Virus record (IMG/VR): IMGVR_UViG_3300042374_001687 | Location: 79,619-143,618 of that record | Strand: one strand, 5' to 3' | DNA from: a virus | Length of the DNA: 64,000 bases | Part shown: one piece after another, positions 47,597 to 57,375 of the stretch | Position numbering within the stretch: the stretch's first letter is position 1 | Layout of the letters: each line of letters opens with the position of its first letter | Program-made: the position numbers and the translations under genes | Notes under the pieces: generated by a model | The model's database searches: none | What the model saw: the letters and a program-made list of their open reading frames with translations, nothing else | Told to the model about the DNA's origin: nothing

Positions 47597-48235
47597 ATGA
47601 AGAGCATAAGAGAGTGGAGAGCGGACAGAGAAGGAAGAATTGGCAAAAATCTTATGGAGTTGAACCTCGCGACATCTCTAAGGAATTTTGTGGGCGGCGC
47701 CAACATAAAACAAGACCCCAGGATAAAGGCGGGGCTAAGGTCCAAGATACTTGGTCTTTGGAAGGACGCTCAAGGGTCGGGAATGAGCGCCCTTGACTTT
47801 GTCAGGCAAGTTTGGGCGATAGCCGGATCTTTGGCCACCGGCAAATCGGGAACAAACCTCAGCGTCGGGACGGCGGCAAAGGGGCTGAACGCAGTTGACG
47901 ATCACCATCAAGAGTGGGCGGAACTGAGCGAGTTGGTTCTGAAGGAGATGGTCGGAGATGCCGATATAGACAAGAGCCAGTTTGCAAAATTCGCGGGAAG
48001 CACAACCCTTGATGTAGACTCAAAATTGAAGCAGGAACTAAGGTCTAAGATAAACCACATAGGAGAGATGAAGGAGTTCTCTGGTCTGACTAAGGCCGAG
48101 TTGTTCAAGAAAATAGTTGCTGCCGTCGCCGCGTTAGAGGCCGATGTCAGCGGAAGCACCATATCCATCGCATCCGTTGCTGGCAAGATGAATAGTGCGG
48201 ACGACGACAAGGACATAGCCCAAGAGGTAAGATGA
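47597..48235 (+). CDS. Putative capsid-targeted protein with two internal repeats
   Basis: MKSIREW tag; duplicated LRSKI...SG...SGT.LSV...N..DD module. Confidence 0.65.
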   Translation: MKSIREWRADREGRIGKNLMELNLATSLRNFVGGANIKQDPRIKAGLRSKILGLWKDAQGSGMSALDFVRQVWAIAGSLATGKSGTNLSVGTAAKGLNAVDDHHQEWAELSELVLKEMVGDADIDKSQFAKFAGSTTLDVDSKLKQELRSKINHIGEMKEFSGLTKAELFKKIVAAVAALEADVSGSTISIASVAGKMNSADDDKDIAQEVR

Positions 48236-48489
48236 TTCCTTTCTCTAAGTGGATGGAGGGATTGTCCGAGCCCCAAGACAAAGTCGGCGAGAAAAATGCG
48301 GACCTGGAGAAGGTCGTTGAGAAACGGCTGATGCAGATGATCATGTCGCTGGAGATGGATGGCAGGGGAGCCAGGAAGGACATCATCCAGATTATAAAGA
48401 AAATAGTCGGCGGCGTGGCTGCATCCCAGCCTCAAGCACAGCCTCAGGCTGAGGTTCCGGCAGATCAAAACCCCGCTGTCGCAGGCTAA
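48232..48489 (+). CDS. Putative capsid-targeted protein
   Basis: MIPFSKWMEGLSE tag. Confidence 0.6.
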   Translation: MIPFSKWMEGLSEPQDKVGEKNADLEKVVEKRLMQMIMSLEMDGRGARKDIIQIIKKIVGGVAASQPQAQPQAEVPADQNPAVAG

Positions 48490-48507
48490 CCCTTGTGTGA
48501 AACATCG

Positions 48508-49788
48508 TCAAATTGCATTTTCCATAAAGGAAAAGGCCTCGTCGGCATCTAGTTTAGAAAATGTCAAGTGAGGCCTTAGCCTCACGGACTTTTGGCCGCA
48601 GGGCAAGGCCAGCATGTTTTTGCTCAAAATCTTCAAGAATTCATCCCTTTTTTCAGGGCTTTGAAGATCGAACGATATCATCAGCCCCCTTCCCCTTATG
48701 TTGGTAGCCTTGCCGTGGAAAGATTTGAGGCGTTGAAGAAAATATTTTCCGACATGGTAGGCATTGTGTATCAGATCTTCCTCTTGTATTATTTCCATCT
48801 GCATGGTGGATCTGACCATATCCACCAAATTCCCGCCCCATGTAGATCTCAGTCTGGACGGCTCCGAGAAGACATTGTCCTTGACCTCGTCCAGCCTTTC
48901 GCAAGCGCATATTCCCGACACCTGAACTTTTTTTCCAAAACACAGTATGTCGGGGATGACGCCAAAATGCTCGTACGCCCATGTCTTGCCTGTTAGGCCG
49001 AGGCCTGTCTGGACCTCATCGAAAATCAGAAGCGATTCATAGCGATCAGCCAGATCCCTGAGCTTTGACAGGAATTCCGCCCTGAAGTGGTTGTCGCCGC
49101 CGTCACCCTGTATCGGCTCTATCACGATGGCTGCGACATCCTTTTTTTCCAACGCCTTTTTGATTTCATTTATCGCTATGGTTTCTGAATTCTTGGCCTT
49201 GATCTTGTCTATTCCATCAAGTTCGTGCCACACCTTGGGATTGTGCACCTTCTTCCAGTTGAATTTCGGGAAGCCGTAGGTCTTTAGATTTTTTGCAGAT
49301 TGGCTGTTCGTCATGGACATTGTGTATCCGCTGCGTCCATGGAAGGCCTCTTTGAAATAGATGACCTGCAGGGCGTTGTGTCCCTTGTCATCGGACAATC
49401 CCATCTTTTTGCCTTTCCAGTCAAATGCTGCTTTTAGGGCATTTTCTACAGCCAGGGCTCCGCCATTTATGTAGAAATGATGACAGAAGTCCGGAGTGAA
49501 CTCAGAGAACTTTTTGACAAAATCTGCGTAGTGCGTCGTGTAGGTGCATGAGTTGGCTATGCTGTTGACGGCGACATCGGCAAGTCGCTGTTTCTGGGCA
49601 GTCATCTTGGGATGATTCCAGCCCAAGGCTTGGCTGGAGAGTTGGGACGAGCAGTCCAGATATTGATTTCCCGTTCTAGCGTCTACCACCCATGAACCTT
49701 GACTTCTCTCAAGGTCAACAACGATTGACCTGCTGTCTACCAGAAGCCTTGATTCAAGAATCTCAATCACATCATTGGGATTGGTCAT
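48508..49788 (-). CDS. lat: L-lysine 6-aminotransferase (class III PLP aminotransferase)
   Basis: [67 protein letters not shown]. Confidence 0.88.
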   Translation of the reverse strand: MTNPNDVIEILESRLLVDSRSIVVDLERSQGSWVVDARTGNQYLDCSSQLSSQALGWNHPKMTAQKQRLADVAVNSIANSCTYTTHYADFVKKFSEFTPDFCHHFYINGGALAVENALKAAFDWKGKKMGLSDDKGHNALQVIYFKEAFHGRSGYTMSMTNSQSAKNLKTYGFPKFNWKKVHNPKVWHELDGIDKIKAKNSETIAINEIKKALEKKDVAAIVIEPIQGDGGDNHFRAEFLSKLRDLADRYESLLIFDEVQTGLGLTGKTWAYEHFGVIPDILCFGKKVQVSGICACERLDEVKDNVFSEPSRLRSTWGGNLVDMVRSTMQMEIIQEEDLIHNAYHVGKYFLQRLKSFHGKATNIRGRGLMISFDLQSPEKRDEFLKILSKNMLALPCGQKSVRLRPHLTFSKLDADEAFSFMENAI

Positions 49789-50111
49789 GTCCTCTCGTAT
49801 TTGTGCCTGAACTTGCTCATCTCTATGGTTTCCACATAGTCGTATAGGCACTTTTCGTTGTTTTCGGAAACTTCTCTTAGTTTATATACGGCGACCCTTT
49901 GGTTTCCGTCAATCTGGTCTTCGCCGAGATATTCTATGAGTTTCTCCCCGAGGGTCTCCCTTTGCATTTCTTGACCATTGATCAGTCTCTTAATTATGGT
50001 CGGCGGCTGCTGTGCATTAAGTTCTATCGCTATGTCCAAGCATCCGTCCGCCGGGCCGCCAACTAGCATGGCGTCCCATTCGTAGCCGTATCCCTCGTTT
50101 TTCATATCCAC
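49785..50111 (-). CDS. Hypothetical protein
   Basis: LVGGPADG motif; translationally coupled. Confidence 0.6.
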   Translation of the reverse strand: MDMKNEGYGYEWDAMLVGGPADGCLDIAIELNAQQPPTIIKRLINGQEMQRETLGEKLIEYLGEDQIDGNQRVAVYKLREVSENNEKCLYDYVETIEMSKFRHKYERT

Positions 50112-50428
50112 CCCTCCAGTATCGCCCTCTTTATCTCCTTTGTTGTGACCTTTCTTCCAAGGGCCTCAGACACTGCCTTTATGAATTCCCTTTCTATCTT
50201 CTGTTGCTCTTGAATAAGAAAATTGAAGCCCTTGCTCTTGGCCTCCAGGAACCTCAGCACGTCTATCGTGAAATCCAGCTTCTTACCGTCCAAAAAAACG
50301 GCTTTTTCCACTCCGTCTTTTGCAGGATTAGACCCCATTGAGCGCATTCTTACCTCAAACTTTCGCTTGAAGTTTCCCTTGTCATCCATTGGAGGGACGT
50401 CTGTGTATATAAACCCTTTGTCTTCCAT
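50102..50428 (-). CDS. Hypothetical protein
   Basis: 108-aa ORF in operon. Confidence 0.65.
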   Translation of the reverse strand: MEDKGFIYTDVPPMDDKGNFKRKFEVRMRSMGSNPAKDGVEKAVFLDGKKLDFTIDVLRFLEAKSKGFNFLIQEQQKIEREFIKAVSEALGRKVTTKEIKRAILEGWI

Positions 50429-50488
50429 GCGATATTAGAGCTTGAAAAGTGGCTTTTGGCGATTGAAAGCCGATTTGCTATATAAGGC

Positions 50489-51001
50489 ATGGAAAATTTG
50501 TGGCTGGAGTCTTCTATAGCGGAACTGTACAAAACGACGGTCGACGCGTTCCCCAAGACCACAAAAAGACAATTCTCTACCGATCCAGTGGTGATAGAGC
50601 ATTTAGAATGGGTTCCTTTCCTAGGAATGAAGACGCTATTCATCAAGGGGACGGCAAAAAACGAAGGGAGAAAAAACGAATCCATATTGCTGTTCAAGGG
50701 GGTGAGATACAAGGTCAGGGAGGAAAAGGGGGCGGTGCCGTTAAGAACTTCCGACGGAAGAGTTGTGTTCCTAGAGCAGATATCGTCAAAGGAAGATGAT
50801 GTTCTGGTGCGGTGCACATGCAAGGACTTCTCGTACAGATTTAATTACTACAACAGCTTGAACGGTTCGCTTTTTGGAAGAAAAAGAACCAAATACGAGG
50901 GGAAGGGATTGTGGGAGGCCAATCCCCAAGAGGCTCCTGGGATGTGCAAACATCTCATGAAAATGGCCAAAATACTGCGGGAATCAAAATTATTAGTGTA
51001 G
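50489..51001 (+). CDS. SWIM zinc-finger protein
   Basis: VRCTCKDF...MCKHL. Confidence 0.75.
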   Translation: MENLWLESSIAELYKTTVDAFPKTTKRQFSTDPVVIEHLEWVPFLGMKTLFIKGTAKNEGRKNESILLFKGVRYKVREEKGAVPLRTSDGRVVFLEQISSKEDDVLVRCTCKDFSYRFNYYNSLNGSLFGRKRTKYEGKGLWEANPQEAPGMCKHLMKMAKILRESKLLV

Positions 51002-51023
51002 CGCGGGCAATATATAAGATCAT

Positions 51024-51587
51024 ATGACACACATGATTAATCCCAAGATAACCCAAGCACAGAAGTTCTTGATAATAGGGACAATATTGGGTGGAAGTTC
51101 AATAATAAAGCCCCAAAAGGGCAAAAATTGCTATATGTCCATGAGGGACAAGGACTTGGCATGGCTTAAGTTCAAGGCCGAGCAGCTCAAAGATTTGACA
51201 TCCCAATCCCCCATGACGATCGAGAAGACCAACAGGTGGCATTCCGTATGCTACCCGCTTTTCAATGAATACCATGAAATGTTCTACAAAGGCAAAAACA
51301 GGATTTTGAAGATAGAGCACCTTAATCTTCTCCACGACTCCAGCATAGCCATATGGTTCGGCGATGCTGGGAAGTGCAAGGGGAATCATGTGGTCTTGAA
51401 TACCAACATATGGGGAAAAAAGGGAACGGACATGGTCGTAGAATACTTCAAAAGCTTGGATTGGGAGTCCGAGGCATTTTTGGAAAGAAAGAACTACCGC
51501 GTTCGTCTGGACAAGGGCTCCTCGGAGGAATTCCTCAAATTGGTCAGCCCCTATCTTCCCAAGGATAGAAAATGTGGTCGAGAATAG
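51024..51587 (+). CDS. LAGLIDADG endonuclease family protein (degenerate)
   Basis: IIGTILGGSSI and IAIWFGDAG motifs, LNT..., F..LV.PY. Confidence 0.7.
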   Translation: MTHMINPKITQAQKFLIIGTILGGSSIIKPQKGKNCYMSMRDKDLAWLKFKAEQLKDLTSQSPMTIEKTNRWHSVCYPLFNEYHEMFYKGKNRILKIEHLNLLHDSSIAIWFGDAGKCKGNHVVLNTNIWGKKGTDMVVEYFKSLDWESEAFLERKNYRVRLDKGSSEEFLKLVSPYLPKDRKCGRE

Positions 51588-52045
51588 GCAAGGGCGGCCG
51601 TAAATACTGGGGTCGCGGAGGGGCTGGGATCTTTTTTACGGACGGCGATAAAGTCCTTCTGCTTAAAAGAAGCAAAAAGGGCGATAATTGTGGCTCATGG
51701 GGTTTGCCCGGAGGTAAGATAGAGGAAGGAGAATCCCCTATAGATGCTGCCCTCAGAGAGGCCAAGGAAGAGTGTGGAAAAGTCTTGGGCCAAAGGTTTG
51801 AGGACGCCAAGGAAACCGACGGGCTGCACGAATGGACAACCTTCTTTTTTAAGGTCAAGAGACCATTTGAGTGCGAACTAAGCGACGAGCATACGGACTA
51901 CAAGTGGGCAGACATAAAGTCTTTAGACAAATATGAACTTCACCCCAAGCTTAAGGAAAACTTGGGGCGTTATTTAAACCTACTGAAGAGGTCTTCCCGA
52001 AAGGGACTCGTTAGCTTCAAAGAATGGATGTCTTTTAATCCCTGA
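51572..52045 (+). CDS. NUDIX hydrolase
   Basis: GGKIEEGESPIDAALREAKEECG Nudix box. Confidence 0.93.
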   Translation: MWSRIGKGGRKYWGRGGAGIFFTDGDKVLLLKRSKKGDNCGSWGLPGGKIEEGESPIDAALREAKEECGKVLGQRFEDAKETDGLHEWTTFFFKVKRPFECELSDEHTDYKWADIKSLDKYELHPKLKENLGRYLNLLKRSSRKGLVSFKEWMSFNP

Positions 52046-52487
52046 TTATCGTCACGCCAGCGAGAGGATCTTCCGTAAGAAGTCTGTCTTTGATTTCGGC
52101 GCTTTGGGGGGTCTCATTGAGCGGAAGGTCTTCTTGGACGACCTTGTGCTCAACCTTGCCGGCGCTGGTGACTTGGTCAGGCTGATCCAGTATCAACTTG
52201 CTTTCCATGTTTTTATCCTCCTTATTCTCTGCTTTTGAATCTGTCAAGCTCCTCACTAGGACCGCCTCCTTGGGGATCATAGACAAAAAGTAGCTATCCC
52301 CCTCCCATGTCTCCTTCGGGCCTACCCACCTCTTGCCGTCCATAGAGACCTTTGGAAGCTCCAAGGAGGCAACTTCGCTTCTGTTCCTGAACAGATACAG
52401 TCCGGATCCCTTTTGGTGGTATTCCAGCAATTCCTTTTTCTGCTGAGTTCTTTCCAGCTTGGTTACCTTCTTGCTTGACTTTTTCAT
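52035..52487 (-). CDS. Hypothetical protein
   Basis: 150-aa ORF. Confidence 0.6.
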   Translation of the reverse strand: MKKSSKKVTKLERTQQKKELLEYHQKGSGLYLFRNRSEVASLELPKVSMDGKRWVGPKETWEGDSYFLSMIPKEAVLVRSLTDSKAENKEDKNMESKLILDQPDQVTSAGKVEHKVVQEDLPLNETPQSAEIKDRLLTEDPLAGVTIIRD

Positions 52488-52548
52488 GCTAGTGTCTCTT
52501 CTTTTGTTTAATTTGCGACACTATAATCAGAGTATATAGGTTGATAAA

Positions 52549-52875
52549 ATGTCAAAAATAAAGCCAAAAAAATGGACCGACGTGTATCCTTCCGGAACCG
52601 CCGAAGGAAACGAGGAGGCCAGATTCTTCAGGAGTCTGGCGAGACACCCGAAATATGAATGGCGGAGCACGGCTGCAATAGCCAAGGAAAGCGGCCTTAC
52701 CCACAAGAGGGTAGAAGAGATAATATCAAAGTACATAAAAATGAAGATGGTTTTCCAAAACCCTAAAAACGAGGATCACTGGGGGTACTGGGAGCGGGTG
52801 CCCCACATACTTCCAGATGCATATCTGTCAATCGCCGATGCGGACAAGACGAAGCGCATAGGTCGATTTGAGTGA
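52549..52875 (+). CDS. Putative HTH DNA-binding protein
   Basis: WRSTAAIAKESGLTHKRVEEII. Confidence 0.6.
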   Translation: MSKIKPKKWTDVYPSGTAEGNEEARFFRSLARHPKYEWRSTAAIAKESGLTHKRVEEIISKYIKMKMVFQNPKNEDHWGYWERVPHILPDAYLSIADADKTKRIGRFE

Positions 52876-52878
52876 ATA

Positions 52879-54876
52879 TCAGACTTGCTTTCTGAACCTT
52901 GATAGAGGGGCTTGCCTAGATGCATCGAACCTTGTGTTTATAGCGGGATTGCTCTTGATTGTGGGTCCTGAGGTAACGGAGGCGGCCTTTTCTCTTTGAA
53001 TTCTTCTTAGCCTATGCAAGGGTAGTTGTTCACATATGTACTTTAGGGCATTTTTGAGTTTAAGTCTTATGGTCTCTTGAAAGCTGAAGAAGGCTTTTGT
53101 TTGTTCCGGGGATATTGCGTCTTGGCCGGGGACAAAGAAGTGGTTCATGCCCTTATCCTTAGCCATTCTTATAGCAATGTTCTTGACGCTATCTGTACCT
53201 TGTATTCCCATGGCATTCATCCTGCTTAGACACTCCTCGCCTTCTTTTTCTTCGCCGCCCTTTGTGCCAGATGCGGTCATGTGAGTGACTATGTCTGCAA
53301 AGCCGGCCATTGAATTTACCCTTCCGTTTTCCGAGCAGTTTAAGCCGAACTTTATACATACGGCCAATGCTCCGTCGGGATTTGTTCGAGCCAATTCCTC
53401 AAGGACGCTCCTAAGATCTTGTATTATCTTTGACTTGTCATCTTCAGCGGATGCGGCGGCCATTGCCGGATTGGAGAATGATTGGGATCCAGCCTCGCCT
53501 CTGGTTTTTCCGTCATCGGCGACGGGATCGTAGTCGCCCTCGCCAGAATCTGAATCTTTTGTCCTGATGAGGCCCAAGTAACTGTAGCCTTGACGCTTTG
53601 CTCTCAAGAATTGAATCTTGTAGTTCTCTAGCGTCTCTTTGATCTTGTTGGGATCTAGGGAAAGCTTGTCGGAGTGTCTAGATTGGAGGAACAAAATGTG
53701 TTGTATTATCTCCAACCTCCATTTGTCCTCCTTTGTTTTGGCTTCCGGGGTAGGAGGGACTGGAGTGGTGATTTCTCCGTTTTCGCCACGGCCGGGGGAT
53801 CCCAAAGACTTCAAATAGTCCTCATAGAACTTTGTGCCAAATCCGGGCTTCTTGCCCTCTATGTCCTTGTTTATCAAGGTTCTCTTCTCAGATCTTGATG
53901 TTATTTCATCCTCTAGTCTGGCGCTGGGGGAATGGGCTGCCCTCATTGCCTCTTCCTCTTTGTCGGCCATGCTTTTGAGCGTGCTTCCGAAATACTTGAC
54001 AACCCTGTCCACGATCTTGTCGGTGTCGTTTTTGAGTTCTGACTTTCCTATGTTTCCAATCTCGCCCGCAATAGGACCCCAGCTGGCGGCCTTGCCCAAC
54101 TTTTCAGAAACATTCCTTCTTGTGATCATGTCATACATCAATGTGGCGAATTTTGTGAAGACCTCTTCTGGGTCCTCAAACAACTTTTGCCCAGTGATCC
54201 TCTTGCCAGCGGCAGTCGTGAACGAACCTCTGTTCCTATCGCTTGCCGCTATCTTTCCGTATGTTCTTGCAAAAACCTTTCTTAATGCTTCAAAGAACGA
54301 CTTTCTCTGATCTGGCAGGACTTGCTTTATCTCTTCCGGATCTATGTCGGGAGGAAGGTCGTTGCCTTTCTCCTTGGCTGCGGCATAAAGGGCTTTTCGT
54401 ACGGCCTCGCGGAACTTTTCATCGTTAAGCCCATGGAATTTTTGAGAGTTGAAGTACCCTGTCTTTTCCAGCAGCGGGATCGCCTCTAGCACATCGAATT
54501 CGGTCCCTAGATTTTCAAAATCATCATCTCCTGCGGCCTCGCCCAGCCGGCTGTCGGATTCTTCTGCCTCGCCAGCGAACTGCGGGTTCTGGGCGAGGTG
54601 CTCGTCGCGCATCCTTCTTAATTCCGCGATGTCTTTTTGCCTTTCCAAGACCGCGTTCCACCTTATCCACAAAACAGAGTCCTTGAGTTGTTTTTTAAGT
54701 TCCCTCATTTGGTCGTCAATGTTAGACCAACTGCCGGGATCATTCTCATCTAATTCTTCAAAAATGACTCTTGCAGTCTGCTCTGCCATGTCCTCCAAGA
54801 TGGATACGGCCAGCAAGGTCTCATAAAAATCAGTTCTTATGCCATCTGCTTGAAGCCACTCTTTGAAGCAAAACAT
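52879..54876 (-). CDS. Large putative capsid-targeted protein, possible divergent sigma-factor-like C-terminus
   Basis: MFCFKEWLQ tag; LRSVLEEL...KFGL...SVKNIA...ETIR..L.NALK region-4-like pattern. Confidence 0.55.
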   Translation of the reverse strand: MFCFKEWLQADGIRTDFYETLLAVSILEDMAEQTARVIFEELDENDPGSWSNIDDQMRELKKQLKDSVLWIRWNAVLERQKDIAELRRMRDEHLAQNPQFAGEAEESDSRLGEAAGDDDFENLGTEFDVLEAIPLLEKTGYFNSQKFHGLNDEKFREAVRKALYAAAKEKGNDLPPDIDPEEIKQVLPDQRKSFFEALRKVFARTYGKIAASDRNRGSFTTAAGKRITGQKLFEDPEEVFTKFATLMYDMITRRNVSEKLGKAASWGPIAGEIGNIGKSELKNDTDKIVDRVVKYFGSTLKSMADKEEEAMRAAHSPSARLEDEITSRSEKRTLINKDIEGKKPGFGTKFYEDYLKSLGSPGRGENGEITTPVPPTPEAKTKEDKWRLEIIQHILFLQSRHSDKLSLDPNKIKETLENYKIQFLRAKRQGYSYLGLIRTKDSDSGEGDYDPVADDGKTRGEAGSQSFSNPAMAAASAEDDKSKIIQDLRSVLEELARTNPDGALAVCIKFGLNCSENGRVNSMAGFADIVTHMTASGTKGGEEKEGEECLSRMNAMGIQGTDSVKNIAIRMAKDKGMNHFFVPGQDAISPEQTKAFFSFQETIRLKLKNALKYICEQLPLHRLRRIQREKAASVTSGPTIKSNPAINTRFDASRQAPLSRFRKQV

Positions 54877-54980
54877 TAATAAACTCCCAGGTTTGTCATT
54901 TAACAACTATATAGATGCGGCAAAAAAATCTTTTAATGCCCACTATATAATCAAGTCCCTAGCTTTACAGAGAGGAAAAC

Positions 54981-55235
54981 ATGAAGTCATTTTTGAACTG
55001 GTTGAAGGAGGAGAACCTTGATCTGCCTGCTTGCAACGACGCTGCCGCGGCGGAGAAGAGCGTAGAGGCCGAGACGAACGAAAAGACCGTAGAGGAGAAG
55101 ACGAAAAGGACAGGGCTGAGCGCGAACTACCCCTCGGCTTATGTTTCGGGACAGTATCCCCACAAGTACTTCAACCCCTCAAAGGCCACAGCCGACCTGG
55201 ATATACAGAACATAGAAAAGAAAGACACCCATTAA
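54981..55235 (+). CDS. Putative capsid-targeted protein
   Basis: MKSFLNWLKEE tag. Confidence 0.7.
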   Translation: MKSFLNWLKEENLDLPACNDAAAAEKSVEAETNEKTVEEKTKRTGLSANYPSAYVSGQYPHKYFNPSKATADLDIQNIEKKDTH

Positions 55236-55250
55236 TTAACGGAGGTCGGC

Positions 55251-55553
55251 ATGGGATGCGGTTGTGGAGGAGGAGGAAGAAGAAATCTGAATACCTCCAG
55301 AAGGAGCGCTTTGCAGCCAGGACGGCTCTCTAGCGGCGTCAATGCGAGGCAAGTTCAGGTTCAGTCCAACCAAAGGCAAGCATTGGTGCAGAGCGCAAGG
55401 GATAGAATATCCCAAGCGAACGGTCAACAACAGGTGCAGGCTCAGGGGCAGCCTGCTGCTAGGGCTTTGAGCGTTGGAGAGCAGGAGGCGGAAAGAAAGA
55501 GGCGCGTTCAAGTATCACTGAGGACTAGAAACACAAGGCGAGGAAATCAGTAG
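55251..55553 (+). CDS. Small basic protein (MGCGCG start)
   Basis: GGAGG RBS; Arg/Gln-rich. Confidence 0.6.
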   Translation: MGCGCGGGGRRNLNTSRRSALQPGRLSSGVNARQVQVQSNQRQALVQSARDRISQANGQQQVQAQGQPAARALSVGEQEAERKRRVQVSLRTRNTRRGNQ

Positions 55554-56299
55554 TCCTCTAAATTTATCATCTCAAGTCCCTTGGGCATGGCGGCCACTGG
55601 GTTTTTGCTGTTTATTGAGACCATTTCTGTTTTGATGTCTGCGGACTTGCCTTCCTCGTGCCAAATTAGCCTCATATTTTTGGGAAGGAAAACCCCTTCT
55701 ATTTCGTAGAACTGGCTTACAGTGACGCTTAGCACGGGCGATCCATCTTTGAAAAAATGCTGTTCTATTAACTTTTGTTCGTCAGCCACTAATGTCTTTG
55801 AATACGATCCTTCTTTGTTTGTGACTACAGCTAACCCATTTTTGTCAAGATACGCTCCCTCGGGGTTTATTTCATTTATCCAAGACAAGCCTTGAATTAT
55901 GAACGGGTGCAAAGCAGGCTTTACCCTAGTTGATTCTATCTTTTTGATAGGACAGAAGAACAAGGAATCTTTTTTGAATTCCTCCATCCAAAACCAATAG
56001 GTTTCGCCGTTACTTGCCACCTCGGCCTTCTTCTTGTTCAAAAGGTAGGTTTCAAACAAAAATAAATCTGGCTTCTTGTACAAAAGTGATGAATGAACCA
56101 TGGAAATTCCCGTTATTTTCCCATAAAAAATGCTTTTGGCCAATGAATTTCTAGAATTGATGGAGTCAAATATTTCTACGGCGGGGCGTCCAGGTGTGAC
56201 CACCGTGTTTTTTCTTGATGATTCATAGTAGAACAAGGCTGCTATAATTACAGCCAGCAATGTGATTATGTTTTTTTGATAGTCGGGCATAAAAATCAA
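55547..56299 (-). CDS. Membrane-anchored periplasmic protein (LolA-like fold possible)
   Basis: N-terminal TM; ASNGETYWFW motif. Confidence 0.6.
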   Translation of the reverse strand: MIFMPDYQKNIITLLAVIIAALFYYESSRKNTVVTPGRPAVEIFDSINSRNSLAKSIFYGKITGISMVHSSLLYKKPDLFLFETYLLNKKKAEVASNGETYWFWMEEFKKDSLFFCPIKKIESTRVKPALHPFIIQGLSWINEINPEGAYLDKNGLAVVTNKEGSYSKTLVADEQKLIEQHFFKDGSPVLSVTVSQFYEIEGVFLPKNMRLIWHEEGKSADIKTEMVSINSKNPVAAMPKGLEMINLEDY

Positions 56300-56344
56300 T
56301 ATTTCAAAACATATATACGAGGTCTAACTTTTAATGGAGTCGCC

Positions 56345-57130
56345 ATGCTATCCTACAAAGAATACAAGTTGCTCAACGAGTCTCTTTACGGAGCCCTCAA
56401 CCTCGGCTTGAGGAATCCAAACACGGTAGGAGGCATCGTCAGCGCTTCTTCCATAAACGGAACAGAAGCTGCCTTGGAGGCCCAAGCCGAAGAGGCACTG
56501 GAAGAGGCCAAGAAGATGAAAAAGAAGATGGAAGGCGACGAAGAAGAAGAGGAAGAAGATATGGAAGACTCGGAATCCTCAGAAAAGGATTGCAAGGACG
56601 AGGACAAGGACGAGGACGAGGACAAGGACGAGGACGAGGACGAGGACGAGGACAAGGACGAAAAGGAAGATGCCGACGAAGACGAAGAAGGCGAAGAGCC
56701 TAAGTTCATGAAAAAGAAATCCAAAAAAGAATGGTCTGAGGTGCTTGCAGATCTCGAGACCGTTTTGGAAGGCATAGACGATGAGGAATCCATTGCGGAG
56801 ATAAAAAAAGGAATGTCAATTCTCAAGGAAGGGCTAAAAAAAGGACTCAAGGGCCACAAAAAAGGTTGTGACTGCAAGCTCTGCAAGAACGCCAAGTCCG
56901 ACAAGGGATGCGAAGAGGGGTGCGAGTGCGAGGCCTGCAATAAGTCCGAAAAAGAGGACATGAAGAAAAACTGCGGGTCTGGATCCTATATGAAAAAAGA
57001 AGAGAAGGAGTGGTGGGATAGCGTCAATAGTATGCTCAATTCCGATCCCCTTCCCAAGAATTGGGACGGCGGATGGAGCGAGGTCGGAGAAGTCCAGCAA
57101 GCCGTGAGGGAAGACGGCAGCCAAACCTGA
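56345..57130 (+). CDS. Acidic prohead-core-like protein with capsid tag and Cys cluster
   Basis: MLSYKEYKLLNE; D/E tract (GACGAG/AAG repeats ~56594-56665); CDCKLC..CEEGCECEAC. Confidence 0.65.
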   Translation: MLSYKEYKLLNESLYGALNLGLRNPNTVGGIVSASSINGTEAALEAQAEEALEEAKKMKKKMEGDEEEEEEDMEDSESSEKDCKDEDKDEDEDKDEDEDEDEDKDEKEDADEDEEGEEPKFMKKKSKKEWSEVLADLETVLEGIDDEESIAEIKKGMSILKEGLKKGLKGHKKGCDCKLCKNAKSDKGCEEGCECEACNKSEKEDMKKNCGSGSYMKKEEKEWWDSVNSMLNSDPLPKNWDGGWSEVGEVQQAVREDGSQT

Positions 57131-57375
57131 TTGAAGCCATGATCAAAGAACAAGTTCTGATCCTTAGAGTCAGGTACGACGACGAGGAAGATCACACACC
57201 CCACACATGGAATTGGACCGAACTGGTCGGGAGCGACCACGAGATAGAGGTTCTAAATCACGGATCTGCTCAACCTTGCAAGGATTGAGTGGAACATGTG
57301 ACCTTGGAAATACTGTCGTATAAAAGGACAATCTAAATCAATATATACTTGCAGGAACATTGACAAGGAGGTTGT

